From sequence record OR352958.1: DNA of 64,000 nt; one strand, given 5' to 3'. Below, piece after piece: positions 54,270 through 64,000 of this stretch. The notes beneath the pieces are model-generated. The model was not told the DNA's origin, did no database searches, and saw only the letters and a list, made by a program, of their open reading frames with translations. The position numbers were made by a program, and so were the translations under genes. Position 1 is the stretch's first letter; the number at the start of each line of letters is the position of its first letter. Origin of the DNA: Escherichia phage AV128.

Positions 54270-55808
54270 TTAGATAAGAACGTCACGACCTTCAACGCGA
54301 CGCACAGCATCATCTTTAGAGTAGATTAGCGTGTATGTTGCATAGTATTCGGTGCGCCCATCGGAAGTGGTTTCAGTATCAAAATCTACAGTCAGCCAGT
54401 AACCGATAGTTTCAACCTGCCGCCAAGCAGTGTTGTCACCGGAAGTTTGCGTGATGTATTGTTTCTGAATCTCAGTCAGCGCCTTGCCAACAGAGATGGT
54501 GCCGTTAACCTTCGCATTGTCAACAGCAACTTGAATCATGGCTTGTACAGTCGCTTTACCTTCTTCGTTTGCAGGCACGCGACCAAGATTCAAGAACATG
54601 CTGAACAGCTGAGAAGTGATAGCAGATTTAAGCCACATCTCATTGGCATAAGTATTCATGTCAACTGCTGCGGTAGACCCGCCCATCAATACGCCGCGCT
54701 GGAAGAATGCCAAGGTTTGTCCGGCCTGCTGAGTTGCACCGATGTAGTTAGCACGGTTTTGATCAGCAGTATCTGCGCGAGAGTCAGTTGAAACAGTCAC
54801 GTTGCGAGTATCAAACTGATAATACATGTAGTTTTGAGTCGCATTCACAGTATTATAGTTCGTCGCCGCGAGGATTTCAGCAGGTGCTTGGTCGATGTAA
54901 TCGTTTGCAAGGTTAGTGGCGCGAATCATCATGCCAACGCCTGAGTACCCTTTCAGAGCGGTGTAGTATGACCCGATATTAGCGAACGAAGTCGAGAATA
55001 AATACATGTACATATTATTCTGCGAATGATTCCACGCTGCCACAGCGGTAATTTCTTCCAGAGTTCGGTCAGCCCCAGCAAAAAGGAATGAGCCGAAGTT
55101 GTTGGAGATTTCCACAGATGCTGCGATTGCTTCTACCGGACTTGAAACGCCCTGGCCTGCAACGGTTACGGTGCCAGTGGTGGTCCAACCCAATGCTTGA
55201 GACGGGTCGGTCGGTTGGCCTGTGACGTTGATAGACAGGTTGCCTGCGCCAGCGGTCGACGGCGCTGCTTCCAGCGTGAACTGCTGAGTATTAGCGTTCC
55301 AATACACTTCTGCATCAGCAAGTGCAGGCACCGACGTGCCACCTTCTGCTGCAAATTTAGTATTGATTGCCGTTTCCAGAAGTTCAGCCACATTCGCCAG
55401 ACTTGTTGCCGCTGAAAGGTTAATTGCGTCAGTCAGGTAGTCTGTGCCATCATAAGTGATGCTTAAAATAGCGCCAGTGAATGATTGAAATGTAGCAAGC
55501 ACTTTAGGCTCAGTATCACCGATGACCATTGCTGGAATCGCAGTTGAAACAATACGCGAGAAGCTGATTGAATCAGGCGAGTTTATTTGCTTGCTGATGA
55601 ATCCAAAATATAATGCTGCGCGCTTATATTCTTCGGAAGAATAACCGAAATATGATCCAACAGCATCAGCCGTTGAAAATTCTGCTACAATGCCCGGCGG
55701 CAGAACTGTATTAGAAGTCATGACGCGAAGCGACAGTTTGCGAACTGCAACAGCCGCGCCTGCTCCGACCCCTGATACAATTTTAATATAACGAGATTGA
55801 CTGATCAC
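54270..55808 (-). CDS. major tail protein, possibly tail sheath
   Basis: 512 aa, Ala/Thr/Ser/Gly-rich, upstream of tube-like gene; sheath assignment by size and order only. Confidence 0.4.
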   Translation of the reverse strand: MISQSRYIKIVSGVGAGAAVAVRKLSLRVMTSNTVLPPGIVAEFSTADAVGSYFGYSSEEYKRAALYFGFISKQINSPDSISFSRIVSTAIPAMVIGDTEPKVLATFQSFTGAILSITYDGTDYLTDAINLSAATSLANVAELLETAINTKFAAEGGTSVPALADAEVYWNANTQQFTLEAAPSTAGAGNLSINVTGQPTDPSQALGWTTTGTVTVAGQGVSSPVEAIAASVEISNNFGSFLFAGADRTLEEITAVAAWNHSQNNMYMYLFSTSFANIGSYYTALKGYSGVGMMIRATNLANDYIDQAPAEILAATNYNTVNATQNYMYYQFDTRNVTVSTDSRADTADQNRANYIGATQQAGQTLAFFQRGVLMGGSTAAVDMNTYANEMWLKSAITSQLFSMFLNLGRVPANEEGKATVQAMIQVAVDNAKVNGTISVGKALTEIQKQYITQTSGDNTAWRQVETIGYWLTVDFDTETTSDGRTEYYATYTLIYSKDDAVRRVEGRDVLI

Positions 55809-55820
55809 GTCGGTGTCCTC

Positions 55821-56306
55821 TTATTTAATGACTTGGCTGCTGACAGATTGCCACATGAGGCTAGTGTGAATCAAAGGCTTGTCGAATCCCTTCACACGTA
55901 CAGTATATCTGGCATTTGGTTGCCACGGTCCGTTTTTAATTGATTCGACAATCTTTGCTTCCATCGCAAGCCCAATTTGACCTAATGCCTGTCTAGCGTC
56001 TATTTTACCGGAAAAAATCTTTTTAGCAATTTTATTCTCTATTTCACTGCGCTCACTAACGAATAATTCATAGGCATATCTCATGAATGGTCTGGGTGGA
56101 ACTTCTACCCTGACTGGCCCTTGTCCAAAGTTCAAAACGGCTATGTGACCAAATTCATTAAGCCGCGCGACTTCTGACACCAACATTCCTTCTCCACCAG
56201 TTTCTGAAGGGTATCTGGTTGAATCAAACCATCCTGCCTCAACAGTAAGACCCTTCATAGATTGAAGTGCCTTAATCTGTTTTTCTATCATTTTTGATTT
56301 TGTCAT
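55821..56306 (-). CDS. hypothetical head-tail joining region protein
   Basis: Start trimmed to ATG 56306 abutting upstream stop. Confidence 0.4.
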   Translation of the reverse strand: MTKSKMIEKQIKALQSMKGLTVEAGWFDSTRYPSETGGEGMLVSEVARLNEFGHIAVLNFGQGPVRVEVPPRPFMRYAYELFVSERSEIENKIAKKIFSGKIDARQALGQIGLAMEAKIVESIKNGPWQPNARYTVRVKGFDKPLIHTSLMWQSVSSQVIK

Positions 56307-56307
56307 A

Positions 56308-56889
56308 TTACACCGGAACGTCACCCAAGTCATTATTAACAGCTCTTGCAACTGCAGGAGTATCAATTGAAATTGCGTTTCTGTGAAGTATTACTAAATC
56401 AAAAGAAGGGAATGATTCAAATTGCGACATGTCATCATAAAACTTTTCATTATTATTCATGTCGATTCGATACACTGAAGCTTGGTGCTTTTTGAACCAA
56501 TCTCTCAGATTAGCCTTATGAGTTATGAATCTTGCCAAATAAGTCAACACGTCATTAGCAGTAGGCTTTTCTGGATTGCCAGGAACTTCTGGAAATAAGC
56601 CGCTGATTTGAAAACGTGTAGCGTATATTTGATCTTCAATATCTTTGAATTTTCCGTTTACAAATTGAGACTCATCATTGACAAATTCACTTTTCCTCAT
56701 GGACCATCCAAACGGAACTGAGAATAAAAGGTTAAACCAAATTTGGTCACCAGTCGGAATACCCTGTTGAGTCGGTTGATACTTTTTCTGGACCGGAACA
56801 GCAGAAAGGTCTGCACGACTATACGCCGCCAGACCTTCTTCAATTCGCGTTGCCAGCATGTCAATCAGGTCGACATCTGTCATATACAC
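56308..56889 (-). CDS. hypothetical head-tail joining region protein
   Basis: ORF in late block. Confidence 0.4.
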   Translation of the reverse strand: MYMTDVDLIDMLATRIEEGLAAYSRADLSAVPVQKKYQPTQQGIPTGDQIWFNLLFSVPFGWSMRKSEFVNDESQFVNGKFKDIEDQIYATRFQISGLFPEVPGNPEKPTANDVLTYLARFITHKANLRDWFKKHQASVYRIDMNNNEKFYDDMSQFESFPSFDLVILHRNAISIDTPAVARAVNNDLGDVPV

Positions 56890-56890
56890 C

Positions 56891-57277
56891 TCAAGTAGAC
56901 ACTGGAAAGCTTTGTTTTACTTCCACGGCAAGGCAAGTCGTCCAACCATCTTGGTCAAACCATGTCGTTTCATCTTCCATTTTATACGTTTTCCCACCAA
57001 ACACAAAATAGTCGCCGGAAGCGTCGCGGTCAAGGTCAACAATGTCTTTGTCTACCCAGATTTTGACATAGTTCTTTTGAAGCTCTAACCCAAGCTCGAC
57101 GTATTGATTTCGAAGTACAGCCTGCACCGAAGCAAGCAGGGTGATTGGTTCTTCATAAGTGGTAACATAGTTGCGCATCTTATCAAGAGTACGCCCCTTG
57201 TACATGTAATATTGAATCGGTTGGCGACCGATGACCTTTGTCGCAACTCGATATAAGTTTACGCCAGGAATCCTCAC
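56891..57277 (-). CDS. hypothetical head-tail joining region protein
   Basis: ORF in late block. Confidence 0.4.
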   Translation of the reverse strand: MRIPGVNLYRVATKVIGRQPIQYYMYKGRTLDKMRNYVTTYEEPITLLASVQAVLRNQYVELGLELQKNYVKIWVDKDIVDLDRDASGDYFVFGGKTYKMEDETTWFDQDGWTTCLAVEVKQSFPVST

Positions 57278-57738
57278 CAGAACACCCCGCCAATTTTACG
57301 AAATCCTTCGCGCTCTGGAAGCCCACCGAATGACAAGCCGCCAACGGCCAGTGCTTGAAGAAGCGCCCACAACGCCATGCCATAAGGAGTGCTTGAAAGC
57401 CAGTATTCCCAACCATCACTCGCAGGCGGCGCTACCTTATTCACGGTGATGTCACCGATTGTTGCACCAGTCACGAAGCCGCCTTGTTCAACTCCGTCAC
57501 CAGAAGACACAGACACCTGTTGGTCTGCGGCTATGCATAAAAGATGAGCCGTCATATATTCCAATGCCAGCTCCAATTTACTGCCATTTAAAACACGACA
57601 AGGACTGTCTTGTGATTCAATAAATTCACATGCCATGTCATAGAATACTTGAAGCGTTGCGTCAGGGAATTTTACCTGATCAGCAAACTGTGGAAATTTT
57701 ATTCTGAACTTTTCGTAATCTAATGACATGGCATTCAC
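57274..57738 (-). CDS. hypothetical head-tail joining region protein
   Basis: ORF in late block. Confidence 0.4.
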   Translation of the reverse strand: MNAMSLDYEKFRIKFPQFADQVKFPDATLQVFYDMACEFIESQDSPCRVLNGSKLELALEYMTAHLLCIAADQQVSVSSGDGVEQGGFVTGATIGDITVNKVAPPASDGWEYWLSSTPYGMALWALLQALAVGGLSFGGLPEREGFRKIGGVFW

Positions 57739-57743
57739 CTTAT

Positions 57744-58208
57744 TTAAACGCGGAACAAATCATCTTCTTGTTCGCCGCTCAATTTAACCTTGATGCGCTT
57801 GTCAGCCGTCTCACGCGTCATAGGTGCGAACGGGTCATCTGACATGCCGCGCACTTCTTTAGCGACAGCTTTGTGATTGCCAACGATGTCGTGGTTAACC
57901 ACTTTAACCAGACCTTTTTCAAGGTGCTGCTTGAATACGTGATGATCTTTTAAATGTTCAAAATCAGCATCGCTTACAACGGTGACGATTCCTTCAGGAG
58001 TCCACAAAGGTGCACCATCAGCGCCTTTTGCCATTTCACCAAAGCCGGAAGTTGCCGAAGTAAGACCAGCACCGCCCTTGATCAGAATCTGTTTGCGAAT
58101 ATTTGGAAGAGCGCCTGAACCAGCTTTTGCATTCGGGTTTTCTTTCACTTCCGTATAGAAAGTGTAGTTGACTGACATAGACATAGTTGAAACGATGTAT
58201 TTTGGCAT
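57744..58208 (-). CDS. hypothetical head protein (154 aa)
   Basis: First ORF after capsid gene; 115-bp hairpin-containing gap upstream. Confidence 0.4.
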   Translation of the reverse strand: MPKYIVSTMSMSVNYTFYTEVKENPNAKAGSGALPNIRKQILIKGGAGLTSATSGFGEMAKGADGAPLWTPEGIVTVVSDADFEHLKDHHVFKQHLEKGLVKVVNHDIVGNHKAVAKEVRGMSDDPFAPMTRETADKRIKVKLSGEQEDDLFRV

Positions 58209-58323
58209 TTTGTAGTCCTATTTATATAAGCCTCAGATAAGCCCCTACAGCCCTTGAGGTCTATTGATATGGGGCGAAGCCTTTCGACCACGCCCCATGT
58301 GTTTTACTGTGTAATCACAGCAA

Positions 58324-59463
58324 TTAGATACCAGTCATACGGACGACTGCGAAAGGACGCTTGAGCAGAACGCCTGCTGTTGCGTTTGCGTAGTCTTCAA
58401 CGTAGCTCTTAGCACGTTTCTCAACGCCCAGAGTCATGAACTTAGTCTGAACCAGCTGGCTGAATACGGAACCATCGTCGCTTGAGCCATCAATTGAGGA
58501 ATCGATGTGATCAGCGTACAGATATGCCACGTTCAGGAAAGTCGGGTCACTGCCAAGTGCGCCGTTGAGTTCCGGTGCAGATTTGATCTTCATCTTCGGA
58601 TAAGTCTGGGTGATCCAGTCACGTACAGAAATACCGAAGTCAGTGGTGTTTGACAGCCAATCAATAGAGTTGGTCGGCAGCGCCAGAGTCATATCAACCT
58701 TCTCTGGATCAATCTGGTCCTGAGAGTTGACACGGATTTGACGAACCATCAAACGGATGTCTGCAGTCACCTGTTGGAAGGTCGCAGTGGCCCAGCCGGA
58801 AGTGGTGTTTGAAGTCATCGCTGCTGGCAGGTTTGGATCATTCAGGAAGCCGAACGTGCGGTTGTTCCCGTTGTACCAGCCATAGAAGCCGATTGCGTTA
58901 CGCATGATTTCCAGAGATACAGCAGCCTGCTGGCGCTTGGTCTCTGCGGAGTTCAGACGCATCGCAGACGCGCGACCTTCTTCCAGCATACCGACTGCCA
59001 TGCCCATTTCACCGCGAACGATGGAACGTCGCTCAAAGTTTACGTTCCAGCTTGCCAGAGGAATAGAGGTGAAATCACCATATTCAACTGCGGTGCCAGC
59101 TGGTTCAACGATGCCCTGAACGATTTCCGCATCTTCCCACTGACCAACGGTGTCAATGCCAACCAGCTCGTCGATTTTACGAGCAGCGGTCATGATTTTG
59201 ACGAAGCCAGGCAGCCACTGTTGCAGGAACTGCAGCGGGGTCGGGATTGATGGCGTGGTCTGCGGCGCAGTAAACGCGGCGTCACCTACGCGGAAAGCGC
59301 CTGCACGGTTTAAGTGCTCAATCTGATCACGCACAATCGCGGAATCAAACACAATACCGATACGAGCAAGCTGGGAAACAGCCGCGTCGGTGACGGATTG
59401 CATATCAAAAGGGCGCACCTTGCTCGCTGGGAGGCGAGAGTGTGTTTGGCTAATGCGAGTCAT
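58324..59463 (-). CDS. putative major capsid protein
   Basis: 379 aa, downstream of scaffold-like gene; by gene order and size. Confidence 0.55.
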   Translation of the reverse strand: MTRISQTHSRLPASKVRPFDMQSVTDAAVSQLARIGIVFDSAIVRDQIEHLNRAGAFRVGDAAFTAPQTTPSIPTPLQFLQQWLPGFVKIMTAARKIDELVGIDTVGQWEDAEIVQGIVEPAGTAVEYGDFTSIPLASWNVNFERRSIVRGEMGMAVGMLEEGRASAMRLNSAETKRQQAAVSLEIMRNAIGFYGWYNGNNRTFGFLNDPNLPAAMTSNTTSGWATATFQQVTADIRLMVRQIRVNSQDQIDPEKVDMTLALPTNSIDWLSNTTDFGISVRDWITQTYPKMKIKSAPELNGALGSDPTFLNVAYLYADHIDSSIDGSSDDGSVFSQLVQTKFMTLGVEKRAKSYVEDYANATAGVLLKRPFAVVRMTGI

Positions 59464-59477
59464 TATTCACCTGCCTA

Positions 59478-60095
59478 TTAACGAGTCAATTGTACAATGG
59501 TATAAGTGGAAGACTGGACGCTTGGGCCGGAAAGGGCAATAGTCGTCGGGTCAATCACAATACCGCCTGGGATGGCAACCATGCCAGTTGGCAATGAGCC
59601 AGTATAGGCGATAATTGCACCAATAGGCAAGTTGTTCGGGTTGTTACCGCTGGAAATGCCTTTAGGTACATAAGCAAGCAGGTCGCCATAGTTAAGCGTC
59701 TGCGGACTGGTGCTTGGGTTGAATACTTCAACTACGAGGCCCGTGCACATATCGTAGAACTCGCCTTCGCTATATTGAGGCAGAACCATGCTGGCACCCA
59801 AAGGACCAGTAGAGTTGCCATACAGCGCGTAACGCTTGCTATTGCCGAGGATGCCGTAGTAGTTAGTGCCGCCCAGCTCAACTTCAAAGTCCTGCGCGCC
59901 CAAAGTTTTGGTTTGACCAGTACCCATTAAGGATACGTCAGTCTTAAAACCGAACACACGGCTGATGGCGTTTACGTTTGCGCCTTCGTTAGCGTTGGCA
60001 ATTCGGCCTGGCTTCCCACGCTGTGGGCCGTCGCGAACGATGTCGCCAGGAAAGCCAGTTGTATATTGACGGCCTACACTAGTTTGGAAAGTCAT
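59478..60095 (-). CDS. hypothetical head protein
   Basis: Between scaffold-like and capsid genes; start trimmed to ATG 60095. Confidence 0.4.
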   Translation of the reverse strand: MTFQTSVGRQYTTGFPGDIVRDGPQRGKPGRIANANEGANVNAISRVFGFKTDVSLMGTGQTKTLGAQDFEVELGGTNYYGILGNSKRYALYGNSTGPLGASMVLPQYSEGEFYDMCTGLVVEVFNPSTSPQTLNYGDLLAYVPKGISSGNNPNNLPIGAIIAYTGSLPTGMVAIPGGIVIDPTTIALSGPSVQSSTYTIVQLTR

Positions 60096-60097
60096 GT

Positions 60098-61516
60098 TTA
60101 TTCCCCTTTCAACCAAGCTTCAAATGCTTCGTCAGTTGCTGCAGAATCCGCAGCAGCCTTTTGTTTTGCGACTACACGCTGTTTTTGACCGTGTTCAACG
60201 CCGCGCAGATAATTATCCACCACGTCAAACTCAGCACCATCAACGCACTTCAAGCCTAACTTTTTAGCGCCATATTTCGCTACGGACTTGGAGTCCATAG
60301 TTGCATGATCAAAGGCACCAACAACTTTAGACAGGCGCTGGTAGAGGCTATTCTTACGAGCAGAATCAGCGTAGAAAGCAGCAACTGCTGAATCAGATGC
60401 CATTGAGTGTTCCCCTTTTGCTGGACCTGGCGACGCTTTCGCCGCTTTTGTCGGTTTGTCATCTTTTTCGACCGAAGCCCCCTTTACGTTGCTGTTTTGC
60501 AGGCCGCTAACCACATCTTCAGCTTTGTCGCAAGGTGATACATCTTCAGCCTTGACTTCAACTTCTTCGTCTTTGACTTCGGCTTCAACTTCTTCTTCAT
60601 CACCTACCGCGCCACCTTTCAGTTTTGCAATAAGTGCTTCGATTTGGCTGATCAGTTGCGGAAGCTCGCCGTCAGCGTGAGATTCAGTTTCAACTTCAAA
60701 CTTCTCTTCACCTTCTGGAGTCTCTTCAGCTTCTGCTTTAACTTCTGGATCAACCATCACTTCTTCATGTTCTTCGGTTGAATCCTTCTCTTCTGCTTTC
60801 ACTTCGACTTCGTCCTGATGAGCAGCTTCGGTGCTCTCTTCATTCAGAAATTGTTCGAGCGCAGGGATCAGTGATTTCAGCTGTTCAACAGCATTATCAC
60901 GCGCTTTACCTTTTAACGGTTTTGGCATGTCTAAATCCTCGTTGGATGGTGTTACAGTCGTCAAACAAAGATGGTCAAAGCAACGACCATCCAGCACCCG
61001 TGCACCTGGTACTCGACCAACGTCCACGAGAGCAATGTGGTTGCCGCGAAGAGTTGTCTGTACCACTTCATACGGCTGCCCGTCAAACTCTCCAGACTGT
61101 ATGATGAATTCACAGTCATAGCCCAAAGACAAGTCAACCTTTCCAGAATCGATGGCCTTCTTCAGACGGCGGCTAAAAACTTTGAGGTCGCCGCGCATCC
61201 ATGGCTTGTCATAATAAACATTGCCAGTTAGAACGCCATCAACACCATACTCTTCGGGTGCTGTGTTATCCTCATCACCTTCGAATCCAGAAAGCATTTC
61301 GTGATTGTCGATGAAAGGGATATTTTTGAATGAATCTATCGCTTCGGGGTCTTTCACCGCTGACTCTGGGCGATAAACTTTTACGATGCGATTCGGATCA
61401 CCATCAAGTCCAACCTGACCTGCAGAATAGTCAAAAATGCCAAATGACGAAATGGGACAACCCACAATCGTCAAGAATCCATTTTTGTCAATTTCGCGTG
61501 CCGTTTGCATTCGCAT
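60098..61516 (-). CDS. putative scaffolding/prohead core protein (acidic coiled-coil middle region)
   Basis: Glu/Lys-rich central region; TATAAT about 35 bp upstream. Confidence 0.45.
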   Translation of the reverse strand: MRMQTAREIDKNGFLTIVGCPISSFGIFDYSAGQVGLDGDPNRIVKVYRPESAVKDPEAIDSFKNIPFIDNHEMLSGFEGDEDNTAPEEYGVDGVLTGNVYYDKPWMRGDLKVFSRRLKKAIDSGKVDLSLGYDCEFIIQSGEFDGQPYEVVQTTLRGNHIALVDVGRVPGARVLDGRCFDHLCLTTVTPSNEDLDMPKPLKGKARDNAVEQLKSLIPALEQFLNEESTEAAHQDEVEVKAEEKDSTEEHEEVMVDPEVKAEAEETPEGEEKFEVETESHADGELPQLISQIEALIAKLKGGAVGDEEEVEAEVKDEEVEVKAEDVSPCDKAEDVVSGLQNSNVKGASVEKDDKPTKAAKASPGPAKGEHSMASDSAVAAFYADSARKNSLYQRLSKVVGAFDHATMDSKSVAKYGAKKLGLKCVDGAEFDVVDNYLRGVEHGQKQRVVAKQKAAADSAATDEAFEAWLKGE

Positions 61517-61619
61517 CCACCCTCAAATAAGTATTGTGTATTATATCTAATGAAAAAAACTTAGGCAAACAATAATTATGGTTTGAATATGTATAACAAC
61601 CGATATAGCCGCGCCTTAA

Positions 61620-61900
61620 TTAGTGTGATACGGATGATACGGATAAAATGAGGCGTATTTTTATCCGTATCGGTGTATAAGCCGCGCTATCACTGGTGTG
61701 CTACGGATGATACGGATGATACGGATACTTTTCATATATAAGAGTTTATAAAAAAAATAAAATTAAATTAGATATATAATTTTAAATTAATTTATTTGAA
61801 TTCCTATAAAGTATCGCGGCAACGCGTATCATCCGTATCATCCGTAAGATTCTTTTGAAAACAACTACTTACTTGATACGGATGATACGTCATTATACGC
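61620..61900 (+). repeat. iteron-flanked AT-rich element B (paralog of element A)
   Basis: GATACGGAT tandem units at 61627 and 61702, AT-rich core 61741-61800, inverted CGTATCATCCGTATCATCCGTA at 61825, GATACGGATGATACG at 61875. Confidence 0.65.
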
Positions 61901-61933
61901 GTAAAACCCTGCGGCAATCCATTGCCAGGCGAT

Positions 61934-62071
61934 TCAGTGAATATTAAAAAGCACTCCAGCAACTAAAACGCCAATCAGCATCGAGTCGTAAACAGCCCAT
62001 TTCCAAGAAAGCAAAGAGTTGCAATTAATATTTCGCACTTTAACGTAACGTGACTGAATAATCTTTTGCAT
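61934..62071 (-). CDS. small membrane peptide (45 aa, C-terminal hydrophobic segment)
   Basis: AAAGAGGAAG RBS 4 nt upstream; below track cutoff. Confidence 0.3.
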   Translation of the reverse strand: MQKIIQSRYVKVRNINCNSLLSWKWAVYDSMLIGVLVAGVLFNIH

Positions 62072-62081
62072 AACTTCCTCT

Positions 62082-63002
62082 TTAGTTCAACTTAATTGCG
62101 GTGATCTGTCCGTAAACGGTAGATGTCAATGCGTCTGTGCATTGATAGTTTAGATACACATTGCCAGGCGCGGCAAGAGTAATTATCTTTGTTGGAATAT
62201 TGCCGCCGAAACGACCTGCAGCCCGAATGCCAGCAGACATCGTGAATGCATCATCCGTAATATCTGAATTACTTGTTGACAATTTTACTGTAATTCCGGT
62301 ATTCGCTTGAACTCCTTCTGTTGCGACAGTCAACTGACTTGCTGTCACAAGCCATTTCCCTGCAGGCAGGTTTAATGTTGCCAGATTCACCAGAGTTGTC
62401 GGAGGATTGCTTACACTATTGCTTGTGTTTTGCACATTGCTTGCAGCAGCGTTAAGAACTCCAGAACCATCAATTGATAGTGTCGTTCCTACTTTTACGC
62501 CACCCAAGGTTGATGCTGATGCAATCGGTAATGAGTATTGAGTAACACTAATTGTACCGTCACCTGCAACACTTATGCCACTTCCTATCTTGACGCCGCC
62601 GAGAACAGAAGCCGTTGCCGCTGGTAACGTGTATTGGTTGCCGCTGGATTTGACTACCTTAACGGCGACAGCATTCTTGGACCCTCCAGACTCCATGCCT
62701 ATAATCACTGCTTCTCCAAAAGCGATGGTGATTGTAGATGCAGTTAAACCAGTCTGCACGTCTGTTATGTCCATTTTGGGAACTGAAAGTGTCAGATTCG
62801 GCTTGCTGGTAGAATCGCCATCATTACCGATCATAAAGAATTGGCCGACTGAATTGTATCCAGATGCCAATGGCGGACTCAATGGAACAATCAAATTTTT
62901 ATCGGATGTAAATTCTGAAACAATCGCCAAGCCGTTAGCATATACAGCAGGCAATACTGGCGTCTGTCCAGATAGAGGAAACGTGCTGATTGGTATCGTC
63001 AT
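62082..63002 (-). CDS. repeat-containing structural protein (fibre-like)
   Basis: Repeated ASxLGGVKxG...DGxxxV blocks; ATG 63002 with GAGGT RBS; track start is GTG. Confidence 0.45.
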   Translation of the reverse strand: MTIPISTFPLSGQTPVLPAVYANGLAIVSEFTSDKNLIVPLSPPLASGYNSVGQFFMIGNDGDSTSKPNLTLSVPKMDITDVQTGLTASTITIAFGEAVIIGMESGGSKNAVAVKVVKSSGNQYTLPAATASVLGGVKIGSGISVAGDGTISVTQYSLPIASASTLGGVKVGTTLSIDGSGVLNAAASNVQNTSNSVSNPPTTLVNLATLNLPAGKWLVTASQLTVATEGVQANTGITVKLSTSNSDITDDAFTMSAGIRAAGRFGGNIPTKIITLAAPGNVYLNYQCTDALTSTVYGQITAIKLN

Positions 63003-63009
63003 AATGACC

Positions 63010-63924
63010 TCAAATGATTGGTATTTTTCTGCACTTGCAGTGTATCGCCCATCCAGGAGGACCGATGTCACCCTTTTTGAACTTCAACTCTCCGCCCACT
63101 TCCCATAGACGCTTGTCATCAAGTTTGAATCTCATTCCGTCGACATGTTCATGAGAGATTCGCGGCTCCTTTCCTGCTCCTGAGTGCGCCCATTCAAATT
63201 CTTCAACTCCATTCTGGCGCATCCTTTCATCGCTTAGAACGCAATACAATTTGCTTGTCTGGTCTTTAGCGATTAAGTCGACTCTCTTTGCAGAGAAGTG
63301 TTTTACGTTTCGCAGCGCCGCCTGAATGCCTGACGTGCCTTGCTGGGCTGGGTCGGGCGAAGTCAGCGAAAGCATTACTGCTTCGTACACTCTGTTGTGA
63401 ATGTCCTCGCCAACCTTAGTCACTAGAGTCGTGTTAAACGTCTCGCTTGTTCTAAGAGTGTTCTCAACGAATTTGTTATATGTGGCCTTTGGCGCTTCTA
63501 TGCCTGCGGACTTAAGGCTTGCGAATGTAGCAGAAGTGGCACCCTTTTCGACCGATTTGATAAAATCAGCGGCAATCTTCGACCCAACACGTGCAAACGC
63601 CCTTGCCCATTTCAGCTGCAGACGTTTCATAAGAGTCTGGAATGTTGAATCAGCAGAGTCTTGCGCAAAGAACTTCTGCACCTGCTTCTTTTCAAGCCAC
63701 TCTGAAATTCCTGCCTGATAGTCATCAATCATCGCATAGCAAAGACCTTTCATCTCACGACGGTAGGCCATCGCAATAGCGTTTGATGGGATTATCGGAC
63801 TGCCGCGCCCGATTCTATCGGGTGAGCGGCGTTCACGTTTTTTCGAAGCTTTAAAAGCCATATCAACCTTGCTTCGGTGAATTAGTAGGATTATTGAGTG
63901 CTCCGTATGCTTGAGAGCAATCAC
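63010..63924 (-). CDS. Mu F-like minor head (head morphogenesis) protein
   Basis: C-terminal PPGWAIHCKCRKIP matches HxxCRC signature of Mu-F/SPP1 gp7-like proteins; GTG start. Confidence 0.65.
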   Translation of the reverse strand: MIALKHTEHSIILLIHRSKVDMAFKASKKRERRSPDRIGRGSPIIPSNAIAMAYRREMKGLCYAMIDDYQAGISEWLEKKQVQKFFAQDSADSTFQTLMKRLQLKWARAFARVGSKIAADFIKSVEKGATSATFASLKSAGIEAPKATYNKFVENTLRTSETFNTTLVTKVGEDIHNRVYEAVMLSLTSPDPAQQGTSGIQAALRNVKHFSAKRVDLIAKDQTSKLYCVLSDERMRQNGVEEFEWAHSGAGKEPRISHEHVDGMRFKLDDKRLWEVGGELKFKKGDIGPPGWAIHCKCRKIPII

Positions 63925-64000
63925 CCTTCAACCACTCCTTGAATGAGTTCACATCTAATTCGTGGATTGAGTCGAATCCGTTCCAACCGTTACCAAATGA

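Noticed and set aside
1-64000. Integrated prophage with integrase and attachment sites, or tRNA genes
   Set aside because: No integrase or recombinase motif and no convincing tRNA-like sequence found by eye; the window is phage genes edge to edge.

Overview
The window reads as about 64 kb of a tailed dsDNA bacteriophage genome with a Gram-negative host; no integrase, rRNA, tRNA or CRISPR array was seen. All calls come from reading the sequence and the supplied ORF track, with no database search, so protein functions rest on recognised motifs and gene order. Layout: (1) 1-5219, plus strand: small membrane or secreted proteins and a 665-aa tail fibre with GGTGATNA-type repeats. (2) 5230-9750: a CpG-rich island with three paralogous small genes carrying near-identical promoters, an array of the 11-bp motif ATAGTGCAAAT, an iteron-flanked AT-rich element and a G-depleted CA-rich tract. 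(3) 9757-22042, minus strand: about 30 small early genes plus a Walker-A helicase and a primase-like protein. (4) 22203-39936, plus strand: Dda-like helicase, a Lys/Glu/Ala-rich coiled-coil protein, a metabolic cluster (FAD oxidoreductase, ThyX-like, HAD, SDR, VOC-like), DnaQ-like exonuclease, DnaE-type polymerase, PD-(D/E)XK nuclease, SNF2 helicase, embedded Rz/Rz1 spanins, MazG-like pyrophosphatase and ATP-dependent ligase. (5) 39962-63924, minus strand: GH19 endolysin, HxH tail fibre, baseplate proteins, tape measure with a lytic transglycosylase domain, tube-like paralogs, sheath-like protein, capsid, scaffold and a Mu-F-like head protein. The most unusual signals are the motif array, the two paralogous iteron elements about 52 kb apart, and the ThyX-centred enzyme cluster upstream of the replicase.
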